Source: Planctomycetales bacterium (GTDB lineage: Bacteria > 4484-113 > JAFGCY01). From it: a DNA stretch of 32,000 bases. The translations under genes and the position numbers were made by a program. Location of the stretch: assembly GCA_022646745.1 (NCBI GenBank), contig CP060262.1, positions 3,570,001 through 3,602,000 of the forward strand. The letters run 5' to 3'. Under the pieces are notes generated by a model. That model made no database searches. It saw only the letters and a program-made list of their open reading frames with translations, and was not told where the DNA came from. Below, piece by piece: positions 13,845 to 23,434 of this stretch (within the stretch, counting starts at the first letter, position 1; every line of letters starts with the position of its first letter).

Positions 13845-14723
13845 TCAGGGTTCGTAGAACTTGTCACCGAATCTGTGAATCGGTATCCAGCCTTGATCAG
13901 GACCATCCCAGCGCAAGCCTAGTTCAAGTCCTACATCTGATGCATCCATCGTGCTGATCCTGTGAAACGTCGCGGCCTGCGGGTCAACTTCAAAGAATGA
14001 GAATCGAACCATGCCATCACAGACCATCAACCGATTGGAAGGGCCACAGTGCAGCCTTAGAAGCCAGCTCCCATTTACCCCTGCACGGAAGCCATTGAGG
14101 TCATTACCGTTGATTTCACTGTTGTCAGTACAACGCAATTCGGTCCAGGTTCCTTCCTGCCAGATTCCCAGTTTCGTATGCTGGCCATCGGGTTGTGGTC
14201 CGACAAGCAACAGGAGACCTTCATCCCATGCCTTGGTAAAAGCCGAAATGAAAACACCGGTTGGCTCGCCTGGCGTCAGCTCCAGGTCGCTGAAATCAAT
14301 GTCGCCCGGACGAACAGTGGCAATGGTATCCATATCAAACAACTGCCTGATCCGGGCTGTGTATCCATCATCGTCAAGGCTGGTAATTGCGAACATTCCA
14401 GCCTGGTCCGGTGCCTGGCTGAAGGGAGTGAAACTGATCCAGGTCTCACGGATGTTTTCCACCTTGAGCCTATCCACGATCATCAGCAGCAATTCTGCCG
14501 CATCCCTGCCGTAGTAGTCGTAGCCTTCGATGTCTCGCCCCTGCTCCAGTGCATTTCCGTCCCAGTCCAGCAGCAGTTCCTTGCCGCCGACGATTGCCGA
14601 TGGCTGGCCGTCTTCATTGATGCCTGACTGAACGAGCAGCACATAGGAATTTGCCAGTGCAGCCATCGGCAGCAGGCAGGCTGCAATACAGCATGCGAGG
14701 ATGAAGGTAATCAGTCTGCGCAT
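13845..14723 (-). CDS. Uncharacterised exported (possibly lipo-) protein (paralogue B)
   Basis: N-terminal signal is MRRLITFILACCIAACLLPMAALA|NS. Similarity to paralogue A includes LLLLVGPQPDGQHTKLGIWQEGTWTEL vs LLMLVLLQTSNTWTTEFGVWTGSDWLPL, CGPSNRLMVCDG..FFEVDP vs FGPAGEMLLCTANG..FYEPDP, and DWDG vs NWDG. GC is lower than in flanking genes. Confidence 0.65.
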   Translation of the reverse strand: MRRLITFILACCIAACLLPMAALANSYVLLVQSGINEDGQPSAIVGGKELLLDWDGNALEQGRDIEGYDYYGRDAAELLLMIVDRLKVENIRETWISFTPFSQAPDQAGMFAITSLDDDGYTARIRQLFDMDTIATVRPGDIDFSDLELTPGEPTGVFISAFTKAWDEGLLLLVGPQPDGQHTKLGIWQEGTWTELRCTDNSEINGNDLNGFRAGVNGSWLLRLHCGPSNRLMVCDGMVRFSFFEVDPQAATFHRISTMDASDVGLELGLRWDGPDQGWIPIHRFGDKFYEP

Positions 14724-14729
14724 CAGCGA

Positions 14730-14738
14730 AGTTTAGCA
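14730..14738 (-). promoter_or_regulatory. Extended -10 element (TGcTAAACT) placed for a leaderless start of paralogue B
   Basis: Minus strand reads GCTGCTAAACT, then 6 nt, then ATG (14723). It lies in the divergent intergenic region shared with tsaD. Confidence 0.4.
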
Positions 14739-14905
14739 GCCTTGCGGATGCTTAGCCGCTTGTGAATCCTGAGAGCAATACTGAAAAGGAATTTGCGGTT
14801 TCTGTTTGAAGGCTGTAGGCAGCACATGGTCAAGTTAATAAGGCCAGCACAACACCACTGGACACGCATGCGTTCATCCTATCCCCAGATGACTGCATCT
14901 AGAAT

Positions 14906-15976
14906 ATGCGCGTGCTCTGTGCGGTGGAGACAAGTTTCGATGAAACGGGGATAGCCCTGTGCGACAGTGCGGGCCTGATGCGGGCCTCGCTGCTGTCCAG
15001 CCAGGTGGAGCTGCATGCGCCCTACGGCGGCTGCGTGCCTGAGCTGGCAGCGCGCACGCACCTCTCCGACCTGCCGCAGCTCTGGCGGCACATCGAACCG
15101 GAGCTGACTTCACAGATCAGGCACATCGGGGTGACCAGCGGACCGGGCCTGCCGGGCTGCCTGCTGGCCGGGGTGAACTTCTGCCGCGGGCTGGCCGCGC
15201 ATTACGGCCTGCCGCTGTACGGGCTGAACCACCTGCAGGGGCATATCTTCAGCCCCTTCATGGGCAATGGCAGCGAGCCGGGTGACAGCCTGGCGGACAT
15301 CCCCTTCCCGCATGTTGCGCTGCTGGTCAGTGGCGGGCATACCGAGCTGTTCCTGGTGCGCGGCGTCGATGATATCGAGCTGCTGGGCCAGACTCAGGAC
15401 GATGCAGTCGGCGAGTTGCTGGACAAGGTGAGCGCTATGCTCGGGCTCGGTTACCCCGGAGGTGCGCGGCTGGAGAAGCTGGCGCGTGAGCATCCAGGGA
15501 TGACGGAGCTTGCCGACTACGAAGGAGAGTTCGAACTGCCCGTGCCGATGCGCTCGCGCAAGTATGGCTACAACTTCAGTTACAGCGGGCTGAAGACTGC
15601 TGTACGCAACCAGATCCACGAGCGGATCGGCAAGGTGCAGCTTGGCAGCAACTGGCAGGCCTCGCTCGTGGCGGCGCTGTTCAGTTCCGTGGTGGAGTCG
15701 CTGTGGTTCAAGCTGGAGCGCGCCGTGGAGGAGCACCAGGTCAGCCTGATCACCGCTTCAGGCGGTGTGGCGATCAACGGCTTCATCCGCGCGGCATTCG
15801 CGGACCGGGCAGCGAAGCTTGGAGTGAACCTGCGTGTGCCGCATCCGCGCCACTGCCTTGACAACGCTGAAATGATGGCCTGGCTGCTGAAGCTCAAGCT
15901 CGAGGCGGGCATCCCGCCGGTGGAGTTTGATGCACGCAGCAACTGGGTGCCGGGGGAGCCGGGCTGGAATGAATGA
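14906..15976 (+). CDS. tsaD: tRNA N6-adenosine threonylcarbamoyltransferase TsaD
   Basis: The N-terminus MRVLCAVETSFDETG is typical. Also carries the metal-site region LNHLQGHIF, VSGGHTEL and SGGVAINGF. Confidence 0.95.
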   Translation: MRVLCAVETSFDETGIALCDSAGLMRASLLSSQVELHAPYGGCVPELAARTHLSDLPQLWRHIEPELTSQIRHIGVTSGPGLPGCLLAGVNFCRGLAAHYGLPLYGLNHLQGHIFSPFMGNGSEPGDSLADIPFPHVALLVSGGHTELFLVRGVDDIELLGQTQDDAVGELLDKVSAMLGLGYPGGARLEKLAREHPGMTELADYEGEFELPVPMRSRKYGYNFSYSGLKTAVRNQIHERIGKVQLGSNWQASLVAALFSSVVESLWFKLERAVEEHQVSLITASGGVAINGFIRAAFADRAAKLGVNLRVPHPRHCLDNAEMMAWLLKLKLEAGIPPVEFDARSNWVPGEPGWNE

Positions 15977-16619
15977 ACCGAAGATAAGGCAGCACCTGCG
16001 TTTCCGCTATGGAAAGGACGAGGTGCTGATGTACATTTCGCACCGGGACATGCTGCGCTTCGTGTTCCGCCAGTTCAGGCGCATCCGCCTGCCGCATGCC
16101 TACAGCGAGGGCTTCAGCCCCAAGCCGAAGGTCAGCTTCGGCCCTGCCCTGTCGCTTGGCGTGCGTGCTGACAGCGAACTGCTGGACATCGAGATGAAGG
16201 ACGGCGTGTGGTGGACAGCTGAGGAAATGGCTGACAACCTCGCACGGCTGAAGGAGAACAGCGAGCCGCGCATCTTCGCGCTTGGCCTGTTTGAGCTGCC
16301 TGCGGGCGCTGCCAACATCAGCAAGGCCGTCAAGCAGTGCCGTTACAGCCTGCTGTTCGACGGGCCGATTGAGCCGATCGCCGAGGTGATGGACAGCGGG
16401 GAGCTGGTATTCACGAACCACAAGGGCAAGGCGAGCGACCAGCGCAAGGCGGTGCTCAGCTGGGAGATCAGCGATGGGCGGCTGGAGGTGCATGCTGACA
16501 ACTCCGAGCGGGTGCTGAACGTGATCAGCCTGGCGACGATCATCTCCGAGCGCACGGGACAGCGCTGCACGGACATGCTCAGGCGCAGCCTGCTTGACGG
16601 GGATGGCAACGAGCTTTAG
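15969..16619 (+). CDS. DUF2344 / radical-SAM-linked protein family (TIGR03936-like)
   Basis: LRFRYGKDEVLMYISHRDMLRFVFRQFRRIRLPHAYSEGFSPKPKVSFGPALSLGV matches my recollection of the family core. I place the start at ATG 15969, which overlaps the tsaD stop (ATGAATGA). The ORF-track start is 15927. Confidence 0.8.
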   Translation: MNEPKIRQHLRFRYGKDEVLMYISHRDMLRFVFRQFRRIRLPHAYSEGFSPKPKVSFGPALSLGVRADSELLDIEMKDGVWWTAEEMADNLARLKENSEPRIFALGLFELPAGAANISKAVKQCRYSLLFDGPIEPIAEVMDSGELVFTNHKGKASDQRKAVLSWEISDGRLEVHADNSERVLNVISLATIISERTGQRCTDMLRRSLLDGDGNEL

Positions 16620-16626
16620 GGAACCG

Positions 16627-18209
16627 TCAGCTGCCGAGGTTGGTCAGGTCGAGCGCGCCCAGCAGCAGCTGTGGCAACACCCCGAGGATGATCGTCAGGC
16701 CGACCGTCATCACCATGCTGAACACATAGCCGCCCGGCATCTGCCGCGGGTTGAGGCTGGCCTCACCCGGCACCGCGGGGGTCATGTACATCGCGATCAC
16801 GAAGCGCAGGTAGTAGTAGAAGCTCACCGCGGAGTTCAGCAGCGCGAAGATAACGATACTGCTCAGGCCGGCCAGCCAGGCCTCCTTGAAGACCACGAAC
16901 TTGCCGAAGAAGCCGGCTGTCAGCGGGAAGCCGCCCATGCTCAGGAGCAGGATGGTCAGGCAGATCGCGGCCTTGGGGGCCTTCTGCCAGAGCTCATGCA
17001 TCTGGTCGAGGAACACGTCATCCTGGCCATCCGGTGCCATCCAGGTGATCAGCAGGAATGCGCCGAGGCTGGCGAAGGTGTAGCCCGCGAGGTAGAACAG
17101 CACAGCGCTGCCACTGGCGGGTGTGCCACTCACCATGCCGAGTGCGAGGTAGCCGGTATGTGCGATTGCCGAGAAGGCCAGCAGGCGCTTGGCACTCATC
17201 TGGTGCAGGGCGAACAGGTTGCCAACGAGCATCGAAAGGCAGGCGAACAGCACGAGAGCGTCACGCCACAGTTCGGCCTGCAGGCCCGGCAGGCACTCCA
17301 GCACGATGCGGGTGGCTGCGGCGAACATCGCCACCTTCACGCCGGTTGCCATGAAGGCCGTGACGGGGGTCGGAGCGCCCTGGTAGACGTCCGGCACCCA
17401 GGCGTGGAACGGGACCATGCCAAGCTTGAAGGCGATGCCGACACCGACCAGGCCGATGCCGATCAGCATCACCGGGTCGACGGACTGCGCCGTCTCGGCG
17501 ATCATGTTCTGGATCACGGTGTAATTCAGGTGGCCGGCCATGCCGTAGATCAGCGCGGCACCGAACACGAAGAAGCCGCTGGCGAATGCTCCCATCAGGA
17601 AGTACTTCAGCGAGCTTTCCTTGTTCAGGCGGTTCTTGTCATTCAGTCCGCACATCACGTAAAGCGGCAGTGACAGGAGCTCCAGCGACATGAAGGTGGT
17701 GATCAGGTCACGGCTGCCGGTGATCAGCATCATGCCGATTGCCGAGAGCAGCAGCAGCGGGAACAGCTCCGCGTGGTAGCGCTCCTTGCGCTGCAGGAAG
17801 GGTATGAAGTTCAGGCTTGTGATGATCACGACGACGCAGACCAACAGGCAGACGAACAGGAAGAAGTGGTCCACCACGAAGGCCGGGGCGAAGTCCCAGC
17901 GCGCCGCACTGGCGGAGGGGATCATCGAGGGGAACAGGCCCTGCGAGGGGCCGTTTGGCAATGTATTGAGCCAGCCCCAGGTGCCAAGCGTACCCAGCAG
18001 AGCCAGCACGGTGCTGGCAATGGTGATCGTCGAGGCGTTTTGCAGGCTGATGCCGCCCTGCGGTCCGGGATGCTTGCGGCCGAAGTAGTCAACCAGCAGC
18101 AGCACGAGCACGGCGATGGTGAGGATCACCACCGGTGCCAGCGCGATCATCAGGGAACGGTCCAGGGCCTGGAGATGTCCTGCCTCTAGCGTGGACTGCA
18201 GTGCGAGGA

Positions 18210-18213
<4 letters not shown>
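16627..18213 (-). CDS. nuoN: NADH-quinone oxidoreductase subunit N
   Basis: 528-aa polytopic antiporter-like subunit carrying FHAWVPDVYQGAPTPVTAF. GTG start in a GTGA overlap with the nuoM stop. Last gene of the operon. Confidence 0.93.
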
Positions 18214-19829
<1,616 letters not shown>

Positions 19830-19830
19830 C

Positions 19831-22011
19831 TCAGCTTGCACCTCCCAGCAGGTATGACCACATGTTTATCAGCATGAACATCACCGCTCCAGCCAGCAGG
19901 TAGAGCATGTAGTTGCGTACGAAGCCGGTCTGCACGGGGCGGATCAGCTCACCGAGCGCACCGAGCACCTTGGCAACGCCGTTGACGATGCCGTCGATCA
20001 GCCTGACGTCGAAGATCTGCCAGGCCTTGCTGGACAGCCAGACACCAGGCCTGACCAGGATGTTGTTGTAGATCTCGTCGATGTACCACTTGTTGTAGCT
20101 GAAGGCGTAGAGCGGGCCAAAGGCCTTCTGCGCCGCCTTCTTCTTCGGATCGTAGTCGCCGGTATAGCGGCGGTTGGACAGGATCAGCATGATCAGTGCG
20201 ATAAGCACACTGCCAAAGGCCATGATCATCTCGGTTGAAGTCACGCTGCCACCGAGCAGCATGAAGGGCTCGTGGTGTGCAGCATGCCCATCGCCTTGTG
20301 CTTCTTCCGCGCCATGGCCGGCATCCTCACCATGGGCCGGCTCGGCATGCTCGCCGTGGATCTGCGCGTCCATTGCACCGGTGCCACCGGCATACAGCAT
20401 CAGGCCCTCGGGTCCACCGGCACTGACATCGAGGAAGTGCGCCAGCGGTTCGCGGGGCTCGCCACCGGTCATCCAGCCCGGGGTGAACAGGATCGCACCA
20501 CTGATCACGGCCATCGTTGCCAGCACCATCAGCGGGATGGTCATCGGCAGGTGGCTCTCATGCGGATGGTGGTGCTTCTTCTTGAACTCAGCAGTCCAGC
20601 GCGGCTTGCCAAGGAAGGTCTTCCAGGTCACGCGGCCCATGTAGAAGGCCGTCATCAATGCAGTGAACAGGGCCAGCCAGTAGAGGAAGGAGGCCGCGCC
20701 CTTGAACTGGGAATCCCAGATGGCAACCTGCCAGAGGATCTCATCCTTGGAGAAGAAGCCCGCCAGCGGGAAAATGCCGGCGATGGCGAAGGTGCTGATC
20801 ACGAAGGTCCAGTAGGTGATCGGCATGTACTTGGCCAGGCCGCCCATGTGGCGGGTGTCCTGCTCCTCATGCATGCCGTGGATCACGGAGCCGGAACCGA
20901 GGAACAGGCAGGCCTTGAAGAAGGCGTGGGTGATCACGTGGAAGATGGCAACCCAGTAGGCACCGACACCGCAGGCGAGGAACATGTAGCCCAGCTGCGA
21001 GACGGTGGAGTATGCCAGCACCTTCTTGATGTCGTTCTGCGTAAGCGCGATGGTGGCAGCCATGAAGGCCGTGCCGGCGCCGATGCAGGCCACGATGAAG
21101 CCGGAGGTCTCGTTGGCGGAGAACACCGGGTTGAGCCGGGTCACCATGTAGACGCCGGAGGTCACCATCGTGGCAGCGTGGATCAGGGCCGAGACCGGGG
21201 TCGGGCCGGCCATCGCGTCCGGCAGCCAGATGTGCAGCGGGAACTGCGCGCTCTTGCCGCAGGCGCCGAGGAACAGGAACAGCGCGATGAACAGTGCATC
21301 CGCCGGGCTCATCACTGACAGCACGGCGTTGGCATTGAGCAGGATGTCCTTGAAATCCAGCGCGCTGGCCTCCGTCATGCCGTGCATGCGGAAGTAGGCA
21401 TCGAACTGCTGGAAGATCATGAACAGGCCGATCAGGATGCCGAAGTCACCGACGCGGTTCGTGATGAAGGCCTTCATGCCGCACTTGGCATTCTCCATGT
21501 TGCGGTACCAGAAGCCGATCAGCAGGTAACTGCACAGACCGACGCCCTCCCAACCGACGAACATCATCGGGATGTTGGCACCGAGGATCAGGATCAGCAT
21601 CATCGCCACGAACAGGTTCAGGTAGGTGAAAAAGCGCGGCAGGCCCTCGTCATGGGACATGTACTCGGTGGAGTACATGTGGATCAGCATCGAGATCCCC
21701 GTGATGAAGAGCATCATGGTGACACTCAGCGGGTCGATCAGCAGGGCGAAGTCGATGTGCAGGTAGCGCTCGCTCATGCCCTGGATCGCGATCCAGGTCC
21801 AGCCCGGCACTTCGACGAAGCGCTCAGCGCCCTGCAGGCCCCTTGACTGATAGTCAAAGAACACCGCCAGCGCCGTGGCGAAACTGCCGGCGAGCATCGC
21901 GGTGCCCAGCCAGCCACTTATCTTCTTGTTGTTGATCTTCTTCCCGAGGAAGCCGTTGATGGCAGCGCCGATCAGCGGGAAGGCAATCATCAACCATGCG
22001 TAGCCAAACAT
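19831..22011 (-). CDS. nuoL: NADH-quinone oxidoreductase subunit L (with a His/acid-rich insertion)
   Basis: Carries HIWLPDAMAGPTPVSALIHAATMV and a C-terminal lateral-helix/TM16 region (YNKWYIDEIY). At 726 aa it is longer than the ~613 aa of E. coli NuoL. Confidence 0.95.
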   Translation of the reverse strand: MFGYAWLMIAFPLIGAAINGFLGKKINNKKISGWLGTAMLAGSFATALAVFFDYQSRGLQGAERFVEVPGWTWIAIQGMSERYLHIDFALLIDPLSVTMMLFITGISMLIHMYSTEYMSHDEGLPRFFTYLNLFVAMMLILILGANIPMMFVGWEGVGLCSYLLIGFWYRNMENAKCGMKAFITNRVGDFGILIGLFMIFQQFDAYFRMHGMTEASALDFKDILLNANAVLSVMSPADALFIALFLFLGACGKSAQFPLHIWLPDAMAGPTPVSALIHAATMVTSGVYMVTRLNPVFSANETSGFIVACIGAGTAFMAATIALTQNDIKKVLAYSTVSQLGYMFLACGVGAYWVAIFHVITHAFFKACLFLGSGSVIHGMHEEQDTRHMGGLAKYMPITYWTFVISTFAIAGIFPLAGFFSKDEILWQVAIWDSQFKGAASFLYWLALFTALMTAFYMGRVTWKTFLGKPRWTAEFKKKHHHPHESHLPMTIPLMVLATMAVISGAILFTPGWMTGGEPREPLAHFLDVSAGGPEGLMLYAGGTGAMDAQIHGEHAEPAHGEDAGHGAEEAQGDGHAAHHEPFMLLGGSVTSTEMIMAFGSVLIALIMLILSNRRYTGDYDPKKKAAQKAFGPLYAFSYNKWYIDEIYNNILVRPGVWLSSKAWQIFDVRLIDGIVNGVAKVLGALGELIRPVQTGFVRNYMLYLLAGAVMFMLINMWSYLLGGAS

Positions 22012-22014
22012 AGA

Positions 22015-22335
22015 TTACCTCTTCAGGAAGTTGATTTCGTCGATGTCAACGCGGGTCCTGTGCTTGAACAGGGCCACGATGATTGCCAGTCCGACGGCCA
22101 CTTCGGCCGCGGCGATCACGATGATCAGGAACGCGTAGATCTGCCCGTCCATCGTGCGCCAGGCCGGGCTGAAGTGGTGGCGGTTGAAGGCCACGAGCGC
22201 GAGGTTGGCGGCGTTGAGCATCAGCTCGATGCACATGAAGATGATCACCGGGTGGCGGTGGATCATCACGCCGAGCGTGCCGATCGCGAACATCAGGCCG
22301 GCCAGCCAGACACTGTTGACGACCATGTCAATCAT
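22015..22335 (-). CDS. nuoK: NADH-quinone oxidoreductase subunit K
   Basis: 106 aa with three TM segments. Carries MCIELMLNAANL and AAAEVAVGLAI. ATGA overlap with nuoJ. Confidence 0.93.
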   Translation of the reverse strand: MIDMVVNSVWLAGLMFAIGTLGVMIHRHPVIIFMCIELMLNAANLALVAFNRHHFSPAWRTMDGQIYAFLIIVIAAAEVAVGLAIIVALFKHRTRVDIDEINFLKR

Positions 22336-22955
22336 GCCTGCACCTCCTCTGCCACGGCTTCCTCAGCCTTCTCGAACTCGTGTGCGAGGTGCTGGCGGCC
22401 CTCACTGCGCTCGTCGCGGGCGACGAGCACGGCGCCGAGCAGCGCGGCCAGCAGCAGCAGGCCGGCGATTTCGAAGGGCAGCGCGTGGTAGCTGAACATC
22501 CGCACGCCGAGCCCGGCGGGATGGCCAAGCTCCTCACGCGGGTTCTCGGCGGCACCGGCCATGGCGATGGTCGGGCGGCCCATCTCAAGTTCACCCTGGT
22601 TGACACGGCCGGAGGTGAAGAGCGAGATGTAGACCACCGTCAGCATCATCACTGTCAGCAGGGTGCCGAACACCCACTGGCTCTTGATCTCAGGCCTGAG
22701 CCAGCGGCGCGCCTCGGGTGACATGAAGAACATCACCACGAACAGGAACAGGATCATGATCGCGCCCGCGTAGACCACGAACTGCACGACGGCCATCATC
22801 GGCGCGCTGAGCAGGAAGTAGATCCCGACGAGCGTGAGGAAATTGGCAACCAGGTAGAGCACGGAGTGCACAGGGTTGCGGGAGAGCACCATCATCACGG
22901 CGCTCAGGGAACCGACGATTGCCAGTACCCACCAGGCCAGGAGTTGTCCATCCAT
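22332..22955 (-). CDS. nuoJ: NADH-quinone oxidoreductase subunit J
   Basis: About 207-aa membrane protein between nuoI and nuoK. Carries AVVQFVVYAGAIMILFLFVVM. ATG 22955 overlaps the nuoI stop as TGATG, and a GTG alternative lies at 22958. Confidence 0.9.
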   Translation of the reverse strand: MDGQLLAWWVLAIVGSLSAVMMVLSRNPVHSVLYLVANFLTLVGIYFLLSAPMMAVVQFVVYAGAIMILFLFVVMFFMSPEARRWLRPEIKSQWVFGTLLTVMMLTVVYISLFTSGRVNQGELEMGRPTIAMAGAAENPREELGHPAGLGVRMFSYHALPFEIAGLLLLAALLGAVLVARDERSEGRQHLAHEFEKAEEAVAEEVQA

Positions 22956-23434
22956 CACCAGTAGTACTCCCTGTCGAGAAGGTCTTCCTTGTGGTACATG
23001 AACTTGTTGGGCTCACGGCGGCTGTCGTCAGCCAGTTCGTAGTCATGCTTCATCACGATCGCCTCCGTCGGGCAGGCCTCGGTGCACATTCCGCAGAAGA
23101 TGCAGCGCAGCATGTCCATGTCGTAGACCACCGCATAACGCTCACCGGGGCTGTAGCGCTCCTCGGCTGTGTTCTCGCCGGCGACCACGGTGATCACCTC
23201 GGCGGGACAGGCCGCGGCGCACAGTGCACAGCCGATGCACTTCTCCAGACCCTTGTAGGGTCCCGCCTCATAGCGCTCCAGGCGGTGCAGGCCACGGAAG
23301 CGGTCCGCCACCTGGCGCTTCTGCTCCGGGTATGAGATCGTGACGGTGGTCTTGCCGCCGAAGGCGCCGAGGAATTCCCGCATGGTGATCCCCAGGCCCT
23401 TGAGCAGAGGTATTGCCTTTTCAGTGCCGAGCAT
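22955..23434 (-). CDS. nuoI: NADH-quinone oxidoreductase subunit I (2x[4Fe-4S])
   Basis: Two ferredoxin motifs, CIGCALCAAACP and CIFCGMCTEACP. GGAGG lies 9 nt upstream of the ATG. Confidence 0.95.
   Translation of the reverse strand: MLGTEKAIPLLKGLGITMREFLGAFGGKTTVTISYPEQKRQVADRFRGLHRLERYEAGPYKGLEKCIGCALCAAACPAEVITVVAGENTAEERYSPGERYAVVYDMDMLRCIFCGMCTEACPTEAIVMKHDYELADDSRREPNKFMYHKEDLLDREYYW

Noticed and set aside
14724-14905. Divergent intergenic region between paralogue B and tsaD, checked for a tRNA, small RNA or a leaderless-type -10 element for tsaD (TAGAAT abuts the ATG).
   Set aside because: There is no tRNA-like T-arm or acceptor features. TAGAAT is directly adjacent to ATG 14906, so the geometry does not fit a -10 element for that start. 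The ATG start gives the canonical MRVL..ETSxDET TsaD N-terminus.
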